A program made the position numbers and the translations under genes. The notes under the pieces were generated by a model. It saw nothing but the letters and a program-made list of their open reading frames with translations, did no database searches and was not told the DNA's origin. A stretch of 64,000 nt of DNA from Eledone cirrhosa (Eukaryota): NCBI GenBank assembly GCA_964016885.1, contig OZ024747.1, forward strand, positions 70,618,001-70,682,000. Direction: 5' to 3'. Shown piece by piece: positions 38,816-53,287 of this stretch; positions within the stretch are counted from its first letter, which is position 1; each line of letters begins with the position of its first letter.

Positions 38816-41338
38816 GGGCAAAGAAAAAGAAGATAAAATGAGATGAAATAAACCTTAACAAATTCAATCTATACATTGATTAATTTTATAAATTATAATT
38901 TCAAATATGATTACAAGTTTTATTATAGTATTTCAGGATTTAACTAATTCAAACCTTTTGGAGTATTCAATAAATAAATTAAGTATAGAAGTTTATAAAA
39001 GATGGCGCTTAATATATGCATTATTTTTACTTGTTTATCGAGATAAAAAAATATATAACTGGGTCCAAGGGGATCATTTCTTTAAGAGAAATTTTTTTTA
39101 ATTGTTAGAGCATGAATAAAGGTTTAATTTGGTCATGGTAAAATTTGAAACCAACATCATCATTAGGCAACAAATTACTTGCCACAATTAAAGCTAAGTT
39201 TAAAGATCTTTAAAAAAAAGTATTTGAGAATGCATTTTGTATAAGAATTAGCAACAAAATTATATTTCCAACTGTGAATGAAAACAAGGCTTTTAGCTGT
39301 GCTTACTGACAAAACCTTCCAGGGCCAAAAATATATAACAGTCAATGACTGTAATCTTAGGTCAAAAGGGGTGACTTTTACAATGGCTGCACTGTGTCAA
39401 AATTTCAACCCCTGTGTTAATAATGCTGCAGGCAGAAATGTGTGACTGTATCAACCCCTTAATCTGTATGTCAATAAAGCTGACTGTCACCAATTTCCCC
39501 ACTGTATCAAACCCTAATAATTCTGTCAGATTCAGACATGCTGCAGCACTGACTGCCTAGTACTTCAATCAATAAACTGGCTGTCACAAATATATTTACT
39601 TTCTCAGTGAATTAATACTTGTAGGTGGTAAGTGTAATAGTCATGTACAATATTATTGGTTTGTCAATGATGTAGATTTTATCTGGGGGATGGACCAGTG
39701 TTTCATTTCAGCAATAGCTTCACACATTATAAATCTTAATCTTCTAATATATGATAATACCCATGAAAAATTATAAGGTTTATAGTAAAAAATATTTAAT
39801 TTGATAATTTCTTGATTAAAACATTCTATGTAAAAATGGGTGAATTGTCGATTTTACTTGACACATACAGTCTTATTATTTAGATTATTACAATATATAA
39901 TTTTATATACATTTAAATAAATAATTTTCTTTCTCATTTTCTTTAATCATTATCAAACATATTACAATGACTGTTCTATATCTCTCCTTCTCTCTTGCTA
40001 GCACCTGGCTATGAAATTTAAGCTCAAATCCTACCCTGGATATGACATATTTAGTAAGGCATTGGACAAAATTTATTGATTTTTTATGTTCCTTTAAGAT
40101 CTAAGATACTCCCTGCCCCATGTCACAAATGTACATTGACTGTTTAAAAAGGGACCTTCTACATATGACCTGAATGCTGAAAATAGCAGCCAAACTTTCT
40201 CGAATTAGTGCATATCATCTTATATAGAGGGTATATTGGCAAACGTTGTTCCTGGTTTAAAAAAACACAGGATATAAGCCTAAAGACTCAATTTATTTTT
40301 ATTTACCATGAAAAACATTCTATCATTGTGTGTGGTATAGTCACTATAAAAGTTTAGACATACAGAGAAGAAAATTGAACATGCTTAATCTACCACACTG
40401 CACCACATACAATTAAACAATTAACCAATGCTTGTCAGAATGTGAAGTCTGATCCTCAAATAGACAAAGGTACAATTTTTCTGGAGCTATAGATGTGAAT
40501 TACAGCTAATCACTCAGTTTGCTGAATGATCTGCTCTAACAGGACTGACCTAGAATTACACACCAATATTTAGAGTGTTACAGACAAAACATGAATCATG
40601 AAGTATCATTGCTCAGCTATTGATATCACAACCTATTTCAATTTTCTTTTTTTATACTATTCCAACTCTCTACAAATACATTCTCTATTGACATTCTGAT
40701 TTGTTGAAAACCAAGGAAACAAAAGCTTTTGATTCATTATTCAATTAAATGTCTAACTAGTAATCAGCAAAGCATTCAAAAACATATGCTTCACATAGGA
40801 GCTTCTTAATATTTTAAGAGCTTCAGAGATTTCAGCTTAACAAAACAAAAGGTTTATATTCAACATTTAATATCCCAAATCAAAGGTTTTAGATCTCAAT
40901 AATATCCATTCAATTATTTAATTTAATACGCTAGAACTGTACTTGAGTGACCGGTATGGTAGATTGCCAATAAAACAGTGGGCAGTTTGACAAAGTTTTT
41001 TTTCTCCCCTCTCTATTATAGAATGGAGTTGGCTATTTCACAAGTGAGCAGCTTGCAAGAAAGAACTATCAGCTTGACATAATTTCAGGATTAATGCTTT
41101 TTACTTTTTTGCTTGTTCAGTTGAATAATTATGCATTGTAAATGGTTTTGGTAAATGGCCAGGTCACTAATTGAAATAGCATTATACCACCAGCTACAAA
41201 TATAGTATTGTAACAAATTTCATGTTAGAAAAATGGTATCACATTGTTATCAAGTATGAAATCATTTTCCTTGTATTTCTGCATTTGAAAGTGCTCGGGT
41301 ATAAAATAATCATTGCTAATGATTCTGCCATATGGTAT

Positions 41339-41609
<271 letters not shown>

Positions 41610-41940
41610 GGAGGCACATGGCTTAGTGGTTAGAGCATTGGCCTTGCAATCGAAAGGTTGTGAGTTCAATTCTCAGACCGGGTGATGTGTTGTGTCCTTG
41701 AACAAGACACTTTATTTCACATTGCTCCAGTTTACTCAGCTGTAGAAATGAGATGATAGGGACTGGGGTCCCTGTCATTCCACTGTAAAGTGGACGTGTA
41801 GGCGCCACGGAAAAAAAGCACCCAGTACTCACTGTAGATGAGGTTAGTGTTAGGAAAGGCATCCAGCTGTAGAAATCAAGCCAGAATCAGTTCCCGTCCC
41901 ACCCTTGCAAGCAGGGAAAAGCGGACGTAAAAATGATGAT
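41610..41940 (+). mobile_element. tRNA-derived SINE, family 2, with RTE-derived tail
   Basis: A box TGGCTTAGTGG and B box GAGTTCAATTC. Central GTGTTGTGTCCTTGAACAAGACACTT domain. 3' part is shared with the RTE 3' UTR. (GAT)n tail. Four copies in the window. Confidence 0.92.
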
Positions 41941-41958
41941 ATATATATGATATATATA

Positions 41959-43252
41959 CAGGGTGGGGCATAATTCCTGTTACAAAGTTTTAAATCAATT
42001 TAAAAATACATTATGTTGCTAATATAACTAATATATTTGTATCAAATCCATGCACTATAACCATATTAACTATTTTTCAGAACATTACGCCATTAACAAT
42101 TTGCAATGTCCATAGAATTGAAAAGAAAGTTCATTATAGAGAAGCATGAAAAAGGCCTGACTCCGCCCAAGATATTTAAACTGGGGAAAATTCTTAAGAT
42201 CAATAGAATGTTGATCAAAAGGACAATCGATCGATTTAAGGAAACTTCCTCGACCAAAGACAGACCTCAATCCGGACACCCTTGCACCTCAAGAACACCA
42301 AAACTCGTTAAAAGTGTGAGGGAAAAAATAAGGCGTAATCCAAGAAGGCCCATGAGAAAAATGGCAGAAGAAGCAGAAACATCACTGAGAACTATGCAGA
42401 GGATATGTCGAGATGATCTGGGGATGTCACCCTATAAGTTCCAAAGGAGGCAGCTTCTTTCTGCAGCCACAATTGAAAAGAGGCTCTCCAGAAGTTATTG
42501 AACCGTATCAAGGATGGCACGCTGCAAAACATCATCTTTACAGATGAGAATTTATTCACTGTGCAGCAGTCTCACAATAATAAAAATGATCGAGTACTTG
42601 CAAAAAGTCTCAAATCAATTTCTTCAAGTGTAGGAAAAGTGTTCAGAACACAGAAACCAGCATCAGTGATGGTTTGGGCAGCCATTTCTGAAAGAAGGAA
42701 GTCTCCTCTGATTTTTGTGCCTCAAGGAGTTAAAATTAACAAAGAACTTTACATAAAGGATATTTTGGAAGGAGCACTGATGCCATGGTGCACATCTGTT
42801 TATGGCGATGACATTTGGACTCTCCAACAAGATGGAGCGACGAGCCACACTGCTCGCGTAACACAACAGTGGTGTAGAGACCATTGTCCTGCATGTATCA
42901 GTAAGGAAGAGTGGCCTTCCACATCACCGGATCTCAACTCTCTTGATTTATCTTTATGGTCAATTCTTGAGAGTGAAGCCTACTCTACTCCTAGCCAAAA
43001 TATTGAAACTCTAAAATCAAAACTGAATAAAGTATGGAAGAAAATACCCATGGAAACTGTTTGTTCAGCCATCAAAGACTTTCCTAGAAGACTTCGAGCG
43101 GTAGTGAGAGCTAGAGGAAAGCATTTCGAATAAATTTTTGTGCAGTTGTTTAATAGTATATTACTTACTATTTGTTGAAGTCAGATCTTGAAATAAATGT
43201 TTTTTTCAAGAACTATTTGCATTTTATTTTGTAACAGTTTTTATGCCCCACC

Positions 43253-43255
<3 letters not shown>
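41959..43255 (+). mobile_element. Full-length Tc1/mariner transposon, DD37D (maT) type, 1297 bp
   Basis: TA|CAGGGTGGGGCATAA..CTGTTACAAA and TTTGTAACAG..TTATGCCCCACCCTG|TA terminal inverted repeats around a transposase. Confidence 0.95.
42106..43133 (+). pseudogene. DD37D transposase with one frameshift near 42495
   Basis: N-terminal HTH region (DRPQSGHPCTSRT). Catalytic IIFTDE, LQQDGA and SPDLNSLD motifs, with 37 residues between the second and third Asp. Confidence 0.92.
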
Positions 43256-43290
<35 letters not shown>

Positions 43291-43292
<2 letters not shown>

Positions 43293-43907
43293 ATACTTAT
43301 ATCTGTGTTCACCCCTCTCATATATCCAATTATATTACACGGCTCGGAAAGTTTCCCTTCTTTGAGCTATTTACTTGTAAAAGACTATTTTGAGTTTATA
43401 ACTCAATCTATATTTTCAGCTCCGTATGTAGAGCTAACTTTAGTCTCATAAACCCAGCTGCTATTTTTAGCGGCATGAGTATGAGACGCGCTAGGCACTG
43501 CATGTGCGTTTATAATAACAGCATATCTCTCTGTCTTCTTAGATCCTTTGAAGTGAAAGGTACAAATTTTCATGGATACCTGCAGATGATCACAGGAGTT
43601 CTGGCTTTCACTTAATAATTCTTGCGAAACAGATTTTGGGTCTGTCTGGGTATCAAAGGCTATTGCCCGATATAGGTTTGTTATTTTTATTGATTTATTA
43701 CTTTAAATCGAGTCAGGCAAACCATATTGATTTAAATTAGTATTTTTTCAACCTAGCTAACTTGGTCATTTGCAATTGGAACACATGTATACTTGTATCT
43801 GTGTTCATCCCTCTCATATACCCAATTATATTACACGGCTCGGAAAGTTTCCCTTCTTTGAGCTATTTAATTGTAAAAGACTATTTTGAGTTTATAACTC
43901 AATCTAT
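43291..43907 (+). mobile_element. Partial tandem (496-bp period) non-coding unit with internal hammerhead, retrozyme/PLE-like
   Basis: 121-bp direct repeats at 43291-43411 and 43787-43907. (TA)n on both flanks. Confidence 0.8.
43575..43654 (+). ncRNA. Type I hammerhead fold with U4A core substitution
   Basis: gatacctg-CAGATGA-tca caggagtt..aattcttg c-GAAA-cagatt ttg ggtctg-TC-tgggtatc. Stem I 8 bp, GUC triplet at 43644-43646. Confidence 0.68.
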
Positions 43908-43908
43908 G

Positions 43909-43954
<46 letters not shown>

Positions 43955-44699
43955 AAGTATTGAAGTTTGCTTGAAGCATTGTGGAACAATAAGTAAATAT
44001 CTTTAAGTCGTTTGGAAGCCTCGACAATGCAAATGGGTAAATCTCCGGTGGTGGAGAGAGAGATGTAAGTGGGTGTACGTTGAGATGCGTGGTGTGTATA
44101 AGATGTGTGAGATGTGTAGAAAGAAGGGAAGAGTATAAAGGATAAAATAAAAATAACAACACAAGAGAGAGTTACCTTGGGAGAGATTTAATAGTTCCTA
44201 TATATTTTGGATTCACATCCATCAACTGGGGTATTTTTCCGGGGTGGGGGAAAAGGTTTCTGTCGGACAAGTCCGGAACGCGTCCTTCGCTGTTTGTTGT
44301 TTTGAATATATATTGTTATATATATATGTAACCATCATTTAATGTTTATTTTCTCTGCTAGCAAGAATTGGACAGGTTGTCACAAATCAAGTTCATACCT
44401 AATTGGAACCACATCTAGTGCACCATGTAATTTATCGTGACACCAGCACTAAAAAAGTCATCTCATCCTTGACACAACTGATGAATCCTCTCTATTCTTT
44501 ATTTGGTAAATATTTCATAGCTGGATGCCCTTCTTATCACCAACTACTTTACAGAGTGCAGTGGGTATCTTTTATCATGTCACCAACTTATCTATATAAC
44601 ATCACCATCAGCAGCAGTGCCATTTTACATCCTCTCTTTCATGTTTGCATGAGTTGGATATATGCATAGGTGTCATAGCTGGTGCAGCAATATATTTGC

Positions 44700-45330
44700 A
44701 AAGTACTACAAGGTTAAAGAAGATGCACTAAAGAGAGGTAACTACAATGGAATCAAGTTGATGGACTAGATAATGAAAATTACTAAAAGGTTTATATTAT
44801 AACTAATTAAAGACAGAGTTAAGTTCGATGAGATGCATTTCAGCATTATGCCAGTTAAGAGTACTTCTGTTGCCCTCTTTCTAGTAAAACAACTGAAGGA
44901 GTAGTACTTAAATAAGAGTAAGCAAATGTGAATCAAGAGATGGCCTTTGACAGAGTCCTCGTCTCTGTAATATAGTGGCTGCTAAGGAAGTTTGTTGCAG
45001 GCAAATGGCCTATGTGAGCTGTGCAAGCCAAGTATAGATGTGCAGCCAGAATCATAAGGATTGGCAATGAATTCAGTGATCATTACAGAGGAGTTTAAAG
45101 CTGGCACTCCATGTATGTTGGGGATCTAGTCTTTATAGCAGAAACTATAGAAGAAATAGTAGCAAAATATTAGGCATTAAATAAAAATATAGGCATAAAA
45201 ATAAACTTAGCAATAACAAAAGTCTTAATAAAGCAAAAGACTTAATAAAGCAGAAAGGAAGCTGTTACCAATCTATCAGAAAAAGGTTAACAGAAACTCT
45301 ATAAGAAGCACATGGTGTAATCTATAGATG
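44700..45330 (+). mobile_element. Heavily degraded RTE LINE RT fragment
   Basis: GATGAGATGCATTTCAGCATTATGCCAG (DEMHFSIMP), GGCCTTTGACAGAGTC (AFDRV) and GATCTAGTCTTTATAGCAGAA (DLVFIAE) motifs. Confidence 0.6.
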
Positions 45331-45879
45331 ATAAGGTTTAAAAGCCTCTTGATTGTGTATTTCCTTATGGTTGTTTAGATGATATACATGCCTTCTATTG
45401 AAAACCCAAATAAACTTGGAAACCACTTGAATGTATTTATCATTTTTTTTTTCAATTTCCAGGGAAATATGTATTTTGCATATTTACATCTGTGTATACT
45501 AAACATATTTAGATTTATATACACATTTATGTAGAATCAGTTGCTTTTATTCTGTATTTATATATACAAATATAACTTTATCATATATTTTAGCTGCTTA
45601 GCACACTAATATACTAGGGCACAAGGTTTGGCAGTTAGCTCCAAAGTCATGACTTAATTTAAGTGTGAAGAGCTTGTATAGCATCAACTAGACTATATCA
45701 CCCTGAATTGTCTGGATGAAATGGCAAGGTACTCAAGACATCAAGAAAAGAGACTGGGTATGAGAGTTGTCAGAGACTTTGTAGCGTTTTACAAGAAACT
45801 GTTTATAGGGCTCTATTCTGATATTTCTGTTAGGTTCTTTTTTTAGCCTTCTGCTGTCCTTAGGATCTCCAAGATAGTG

Positions 45880-46350
45880 TAACTATTTGATTTGTTCAAT
45901 TTGAAAAGCAGTGAGAATTTGTATCTGGACTGTTTTATTTCCTAGATGGATATTCCATCAAGATCTGGGAATTCATCATTCAGTCACCAATTTGATTATT
46001 TGTGTTCTCATGGGAAAGGTTTAGTGGCAATGATGGTGGAGTGATTAGTTATAAATAAGCCAAGTGCCACATCTCATTACATGATATCATTAGACAGAGG
46101 TTTGATAGTGTGATAGATGAAAGGAGTATAGTTGTAGCAGATAGGGCAGTAGAAGAAAAGAATTTATAAGGAGCCCATTTGGGGCATTGTTAGTACCACT
46201 TGGCTGGTCAACTCTAGCACCATGTGCCATCAATCATTACACTTTCTTGTCATCTCCATCTTGAGATTTGGCTTCTTGCGGTCAGTTTTTACCTCTTCAT
46301 CTATAGCTTCCATCAACTTCAAGGGCTTGGCCCTTCTTTATACAGCTGAC
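45880..46350 (-). mobile_element. Degraded LINE fragment (CR1-like)
   Basis: Loose RT-like remnants on the minus strand (e.g. VLTMPQMGS near the PQGS motif). Weak. Confidence 0.35.
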
Positions 46351-46908
46351 ATTCTCCATCGACATAACATATTGATACACTTAATGTGCATTCAACCATA
46401 TCACAGTCAATTTTAATAGCTTATCTCTGTTGGGTCTATTCAGGGTAACCCTTCTCTATCCTAATAATTCTCTTCATTCATTAATGTTTATAATTGCATC
46501 CCCATACCTCTTGTTTGGCATCAGTAAAGGCATGTGCAATATTGCCATCAGGTACACACTGTTTATGTTCTAATTCATACATCAAATTGCTTTACAAATG
46601 GACTGATTTGTAGGTGATCAGTAGAGTATTGGTTTGCTTAGGCTATTGTTGCAAATGTTTTGGCTATTTGCATCATAAAATTACAAGAACACTGACCCTT
46701 TTCATTCAATGGAACACAAACATATCCTCCATTCACATCTGAATAGGCTCCATGTTATTGCCCATAATTTCCATTAACATCATCAGCCATGGTAAAACGA
46801 TCTCTACCATAAAGGTGGTCTGCAAGCAAGCCTAACAGAAGTGGCCTTTAGTTGTAGTATATGCAGAGATTGAGATTGTCATGCTCTTGTTTGTGGGTTG
46901 TTTAAGCT

Positions 46909-47400
46909 TACTGTGTCCCCTCATATATAAGCCAAGCCCTCCCCTCCTATTTTATGTCTGAAAAATAGGCAGAAAATCAAAACCTGCATATTAGCCAAAG
47001 CAGCTAATCAACACAGTATGTTTAGAAGGTGGGGTTTTGAAATTTTCAGGAGTGGAGAATATATTTACGGAGGTTTTATATTTTGATATGTAAAATGTTT
47101 TAAGTGTCATTGAGAGTATAGTTTGTTTCACAACTCAACTCCATAATAATTTTTTACCAATTTCCGACTGTTTTGAAGGCCATATTAATTTAAAACACAT
47201 CAAAATTGACTTTCAAGTCAAAAGTGAAACCAGTGAAATATTCACCTCCCAAGTGAAAATATTTTAGCACTCCATTAATGTAGTATTTTCAAGTTGGCGA
47301 AAATTGGTAAAATATAGACCTTGTAAGTAAATAAAGACCCGTTTTACCATCGATTTTTTTGTTACATATTTCTCGGCTTATATATGATAATTATTCTGTC
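46909..47400. mobile_element. Possible degenerate pogo/Tc2-like MITE
   Basis: TCATATATAAGCCAAG (46921) versus CTCGGCTTATATATGA (47372) inverted pair. Outer ends are decayed. Confidence 0.4.
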
Positions 47401-48739
47401 ACTATTTCAATTACGCTATATTGCCATTTCTCTCTCAGCAATATGGTTATTCCACTAATATCAGCAATGTCCCTCACTGAGAAGAATTTGTATTTCTCTT
47501 CCTTGTCCGTGAGCAGACTAGCTGAGACTCCAGCCATCTTATCTCTTTTAAACAGCACACTTTTCCTTATATCCGCACATACAATCTTTCCTAACCTACC
47601 TTCCATCATGGCAACATTGATAATGGCAGCACTAAAGTTTTGCACTCAATAGAAAAACTGAATTTCTGCTGGTATTTTGATTATTTGGTGTCTATTTTCT
47701 GTATCTGAAAGAACGAGAGAATGTTCAAACATTTGATGATGACCTCACACATAGCCAAAATATTTCCAAATATTTGGTATCAAATTATACTACAAATTTT
47801 ATCATTCATAGTAGTTAGTCAATGATAGTTTACTATACATAGGAACTTGTGTTTCTAAGGCCAAAGTTCTTTAGCATTTTCAATACTACAAAACTACTTA
47901 TATTTCTTATTAGGTGATTGCTCTTCATGGTATTAACGATGCTTTATGTATTATGTATGAAAAATATGTTCATTTGAATCTCTCATTTTCATATTATCTT
48001 TCTCTGTCTCTTTATTTCTATTATTTCCATGCTCTCTCTCAGTAGCATTCTCTCTCACTCTTTCTTTCTCTTTATATCACTGTCAATTCGTCAGTCTCTC
48101 TATGCCTATGTGTTTCTCTCTTATGCTTTCTCTGTGTGTGCCTCCTCCTCTCTCACTCACTCTTTATCTCTCTCTGCCTTTCTATATACTTTTCTGTCTG
48201 GTTGACTTTTACTCTCTCTCTGTATAACCCCTCACCCATCGCACTTCCCCCCTCTCTCTCTCTCTTTCTTAGTGATCATAAATTTTCATTTCACACACAT
48301 GCCTTAGACATAACCTATAGACACTTGGGTCTTTGGTTACAGAACACTGTTGTAAGAGATACAAGATCCTTCCACCTGCTTGAATCTGATAAAATAAGCT
48401 GTCAAATGCAGGTTGTATTAAATAAATCTACTGGGTATAAATCAAAACAAGATTTAAAAATTGCTGTCTATAAATTTTCTATGAGTAAAAGCAACTGTTT
48501 CGCCTCCTTCGGTGTCGCAAGAACAGTCATATATATGTATACTTAGTAAGTGTATATAAATGTATACCACATTTCTATTCCAATGTTAGTACAATGAAAC
48601 TGTGTGTATAAATATATATATGCATATAAATACAAACGATATGCTACAATATTAATGAATATTATACTGATTTGTATAAAGACATATACAAAAATGCGTA
48701 TGGATTTACACAGCTATGTGCACCTGAACACACGCACAA

Positions 48740-49720
<981 letters not shown>

Positions 49721-49844
49721 ACAAGAAGTGTAAGTTAAAATTAATATTCATATCCACCATTTTGGAGATAAGCATTATTCGTTGAGTACTCTACCCTGCA
49801 TACTGAAGTGTCGGTAACTAACACACAGATACTTAAGTCTATGC

Positions 49845-50169
49845 ATCATCATCATCATTTTACGTCCGCTTTTCCCTGCTTGCAAGGGTGGGATGGGAAC
49901 TGATTCTGGTTTGATTTCTACAGCTGGATGCCCTTCCTAACACCAACCTCATTTACAGTGAGTTCTGGGTGCTGTTTTGGCGTGGCACCTCCATGACCAC
50001 TTTACAGTGGAATGATAGGGACCCCAGTCCCTATCATATCATTTCTACAGCTGAGTAAACTGGGGCAATGTGAAATAAAGTGTCTTGCTCAAGGAAACAA
50101 CACGGTCTGAGAATTGAACTCACAACCTTTCGATTGCAAGGCCAATGCTCTAACCACTAAGCCATGTGC
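49845..50169 (-). mobile_element. SINE family 2
   Basis: Reverse complement of 41610-41940. Confidence 0.92.
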
Positions 50170-52331
50170 ATATATATATGTAAAGAAATATTTTAGCATT
50201 GTTCCTATTGAAAATGTAGTGAAGTCTATTAGTGTATAAATACTTGTTTAGAAAATAACTACCTAATTAGTGAGTTCATTCTGATAACTTAGTTAGTTCC
50301 TTAGCTAGAACGTGTTAAATACACAAAAATGAACAAAATTTGGTTGCAATATCTATTTGCTTTATGAATAACACCTGCCCCTTCAAATGTCACAACCTGA
50401 AACAATTACAACATAAAAAATTATATAATCCTCCCCAAGAAAGATTTTAAGTGTAAGTAAAGCTAACAGAAGGTATTTTTTTTTTTTTTTTTTTTATTCA
50501 AGCATGTAGTTAAAAGAGGCACAACGAACATCTTCAAGTTCACCCTGCACTTGAAAGACTAAGGCATTTTAATTATGATATTGCATGTATTTTTTTTTTT
50601 ATATATTAACAGATTTAAATACCTTCACTGTCAATCAGAAAAATACTTCATCCTGGTAAGACCACAGATTTTATTGAACTAACACTTTGAATTGATCTCA
50701 TGGTTTTCTCACCAAAGAGATTTCATACTGTGGTCGTTCATGTTACTAACTAGGTAAGGTTTTTAGTTCTTGTAAAAATATTGTCATGCACATATATACA
50801 CCTAAAGGATTTTCAAATGCTGCACACTTCCAATACCATTCCTGAAATTTGCCATTTGTCTTTTTGATCATTGTTGTTTCAATCTCCTTTGCTTCTGAAC
50901 ACTTTGTCACACTACTTCCTATTTATACATACCTCTTACAGGCATTTCTTATTTGTATCATGTCTTCTACGGCTGCTGTTGAAACTTTTGCAAGTGACCT
51001 CTACTCTTTCAGCAGTTTTCTACCATTTGTATTAAAGATGACTCAGATAAACTTCAATCTGTTAATGTTAATTATTACTACATGTTTTATATAGTCATTT
51101 TATACCAGTGCTGTCAGGCACAGATATCCGAAACTTGAATCTGCCAAACTTCTTAGAATGCTTCATACAGCAGATTATATATAAAGGAAAACATATGAAG
51201 GTTGGTGGGAGGTCACCATAGTATACACAAATGCATGGCATAAGCAGATAATGGTAAACACACAAAGAAACTTGTGGCAGTAGCAGTATATAATGACACA
51301 CACACACGGTTACACATGCACATACATGAGCATATCACATACTTAACATGCATATGCATACAGGTCACTCACAAAAAATGACTAGATGGAGTAACTAGAA
51401 ATGAAAAAGAGATACCGCGGGCCAAAATAGTCATTGAAAAGGTGACAGAATGTGTGATGAAAGAACGTTGACAATTAAATAACAATCCAACTGATGAATG
51501 GATTAGTTACCTGAATACTGATAACGCCAAAGTAAAATTAAATTGGTGCATATATTTTTCTTGGCAGTATAATGTTCGCTGAGTATAAGAATATATATAT
51601 GTGTGTGTGTTAACATTTTAGCATTACCAAATGGTTTTGTGGCTGTACATATGACCAACAGTTTTAGATGCAATAAAAAAATAAGTAAAATTTGAAATGA
51701 AGAAGCTGATGAACTGATGTTTTGAAAACTCATGGTGTTACATTAGTCACAGTGTCATGAGATATTTAAACTGTGCAGTCGAGCAATTCAGGTACACAGC
51801 ATGTCAACTGATGACACTGCATCATCTGCTCTTAACAGTTAGTTGTTAGCAGTGTTCTGGGATAATGCATGTATCATTCTAGTATCTCCAATGTTAATGG
51901 GAGCTCAAGTTGTGGCGTTCATCTAGTGTATATGATATTGCTGGTTATTAATGCAGGAGTTCTTTGAAATGCTTGTTTGAGGATGAATGCTGTCTACCCT
52001 ATGCATGTACAAGTTAGATGAAGTTAAACTGGTTCTTGTGGGTTATTGGGGACCAGTGGCTTGACGTTGGCTGGGAGGGTATTTCTTTGGTCACAGCAAA
52101 TAACATTTCCTATCAGATTGTATCTGAAAGGGCTGACTGTATTTGTAACCATGCCAATATTTGGTAATGCAAAAATAATTCAAACTGTTGATATTCTTCC
52201 TTATATGTTGATTGCTCTGTTTCTTTTGATTTATAAATATATGTATATAACTTTGATAATTTTTATAGGTTTTGGCCAGTATTGTCTCAGGTTAGGTCTA
52301 ACTTAATAGCATGGCAAATATATATATATAA

Positions 52332-52440
52332 TAGTCCTATGCGAGCAAGACAGCCACTCTTGCCTCAAGTGGGAAGACTCCCGTCCAAACCCATGCAAGC
52401 GTGGAACATGGACGTTAAACGATGATGATGATGATGATGA
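52332..52440 (+). mobile_element. RTE subfamily 2 extreme 3' end
   Basis: CTTGCCTCAAGTGGGAAGACTCCCGTCCAAACCCATGCAAGCGTGGAACATGGACGTTAAAC(GAT)n. Confidence 0.85.
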
Positions 52441-52587
52441 ATACAAAATTGCAAAGATGAAATTAATTTCAGTAAATGAACAAATGAACATGCTCTAAAA
52501 TCAATCATATACACACACACACACGCACACATACATCACATATATATATATATATATACTCACACACACATATATATATATATAATT

Positions 52588-52858
52588 AAGAAAGTGTGGT
52601 AAGGAACCAGGTGGACCATAAAGCACCAGAGTACTCGATACTTTCGGTAGTAGAGTTGGTAATAGGAAAAGGTTCAGGACACCGACGGCAGAGCTCAAGC
52701 TGTTTCGATGGCTATTTCGGCCTAGTGGTAGGTATTAGAGACAGGTAAGATCCTGGTCTGGGGTTCGATCTCAGCGTGTCTGATCAAGTTTTTAAAGGTC
52801 CAGAAATAGCCGTCAAAACGGCTTGAGCTCTGCCGTTGGGGTTCTGAACCTTTTCCTA
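52588..52858. mobile_element. Fold-back element family A, copy 4 (longest)
   Basis: Same tail as the other copies. ~60-bp arms ATAGGAAAAGGTTCAGGAC..GGCTATTTC / GAAATAGCC..GTTCTGAACCTTTTCCTAT with a ~75-nt loop. Confidence 0.75.
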
Positions 52859-53162
52859 TATATATATATATACAGTAATAATAATAAAATTGAAGACTAA
52901 AATCCAAAGAGGGCTCGATAAGGAAAATATATATCAAATATATAAGAACCGTAGAGCAAATATTTATTAAAATAACAGTTTAAACGTGGTTTTGTCTTTG
53001 CGCGTAATTGTTTTTCACCGCTCCTATTAATGACGTATTATTCGTTTTTTCCCGTTCTTTGCCAGCGAACGTTACCATGAACCAAAGTATCGTCTTCCTG
53101 TCTTCCTCCGGTTGCAACGTTTTTTGAAATATCCACTTCTACGTTTACAGATTGACTTTGTT

Positions 53163-53213
53163 AGTTTCAGAAGATCCCGTTAAGGGTGAAAGCAGCGATT
53201 CTTTGCTTAAACT
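53163..53213 (+). ncRNA. Type I hammerhead fold with U4A core substitution
   Basis: agttt-CAGAAGA-t ccc gttaa ggg t-GAAA-gca gcgattctt tgc-TT-aaact. Located ~20 nt before a (TA)n tract at the end of a ~360-bp insert. Confidence 0.55.
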
Positions 53214-53224
53214 TTAATCTGTTA

Positions 53225-53287
<63 letters not shown>

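Noticed and set aside
41610-41690. tRNA gene
   Set aside because: A and B boxes continue into a SINE body and recur four times. It is a SINE head.
47391-47645. 84-aa minus-strand ORF with ordinary composition
   Set aside because: No recognisable motif or splice context.
50932-51058. Minus-strand segment bounded by AG and GTATGT (also a strong acceptor near 30531)
   Set aside because: Stops in all frames. It could be a non-coding exon but is unsupported from sequence alone.
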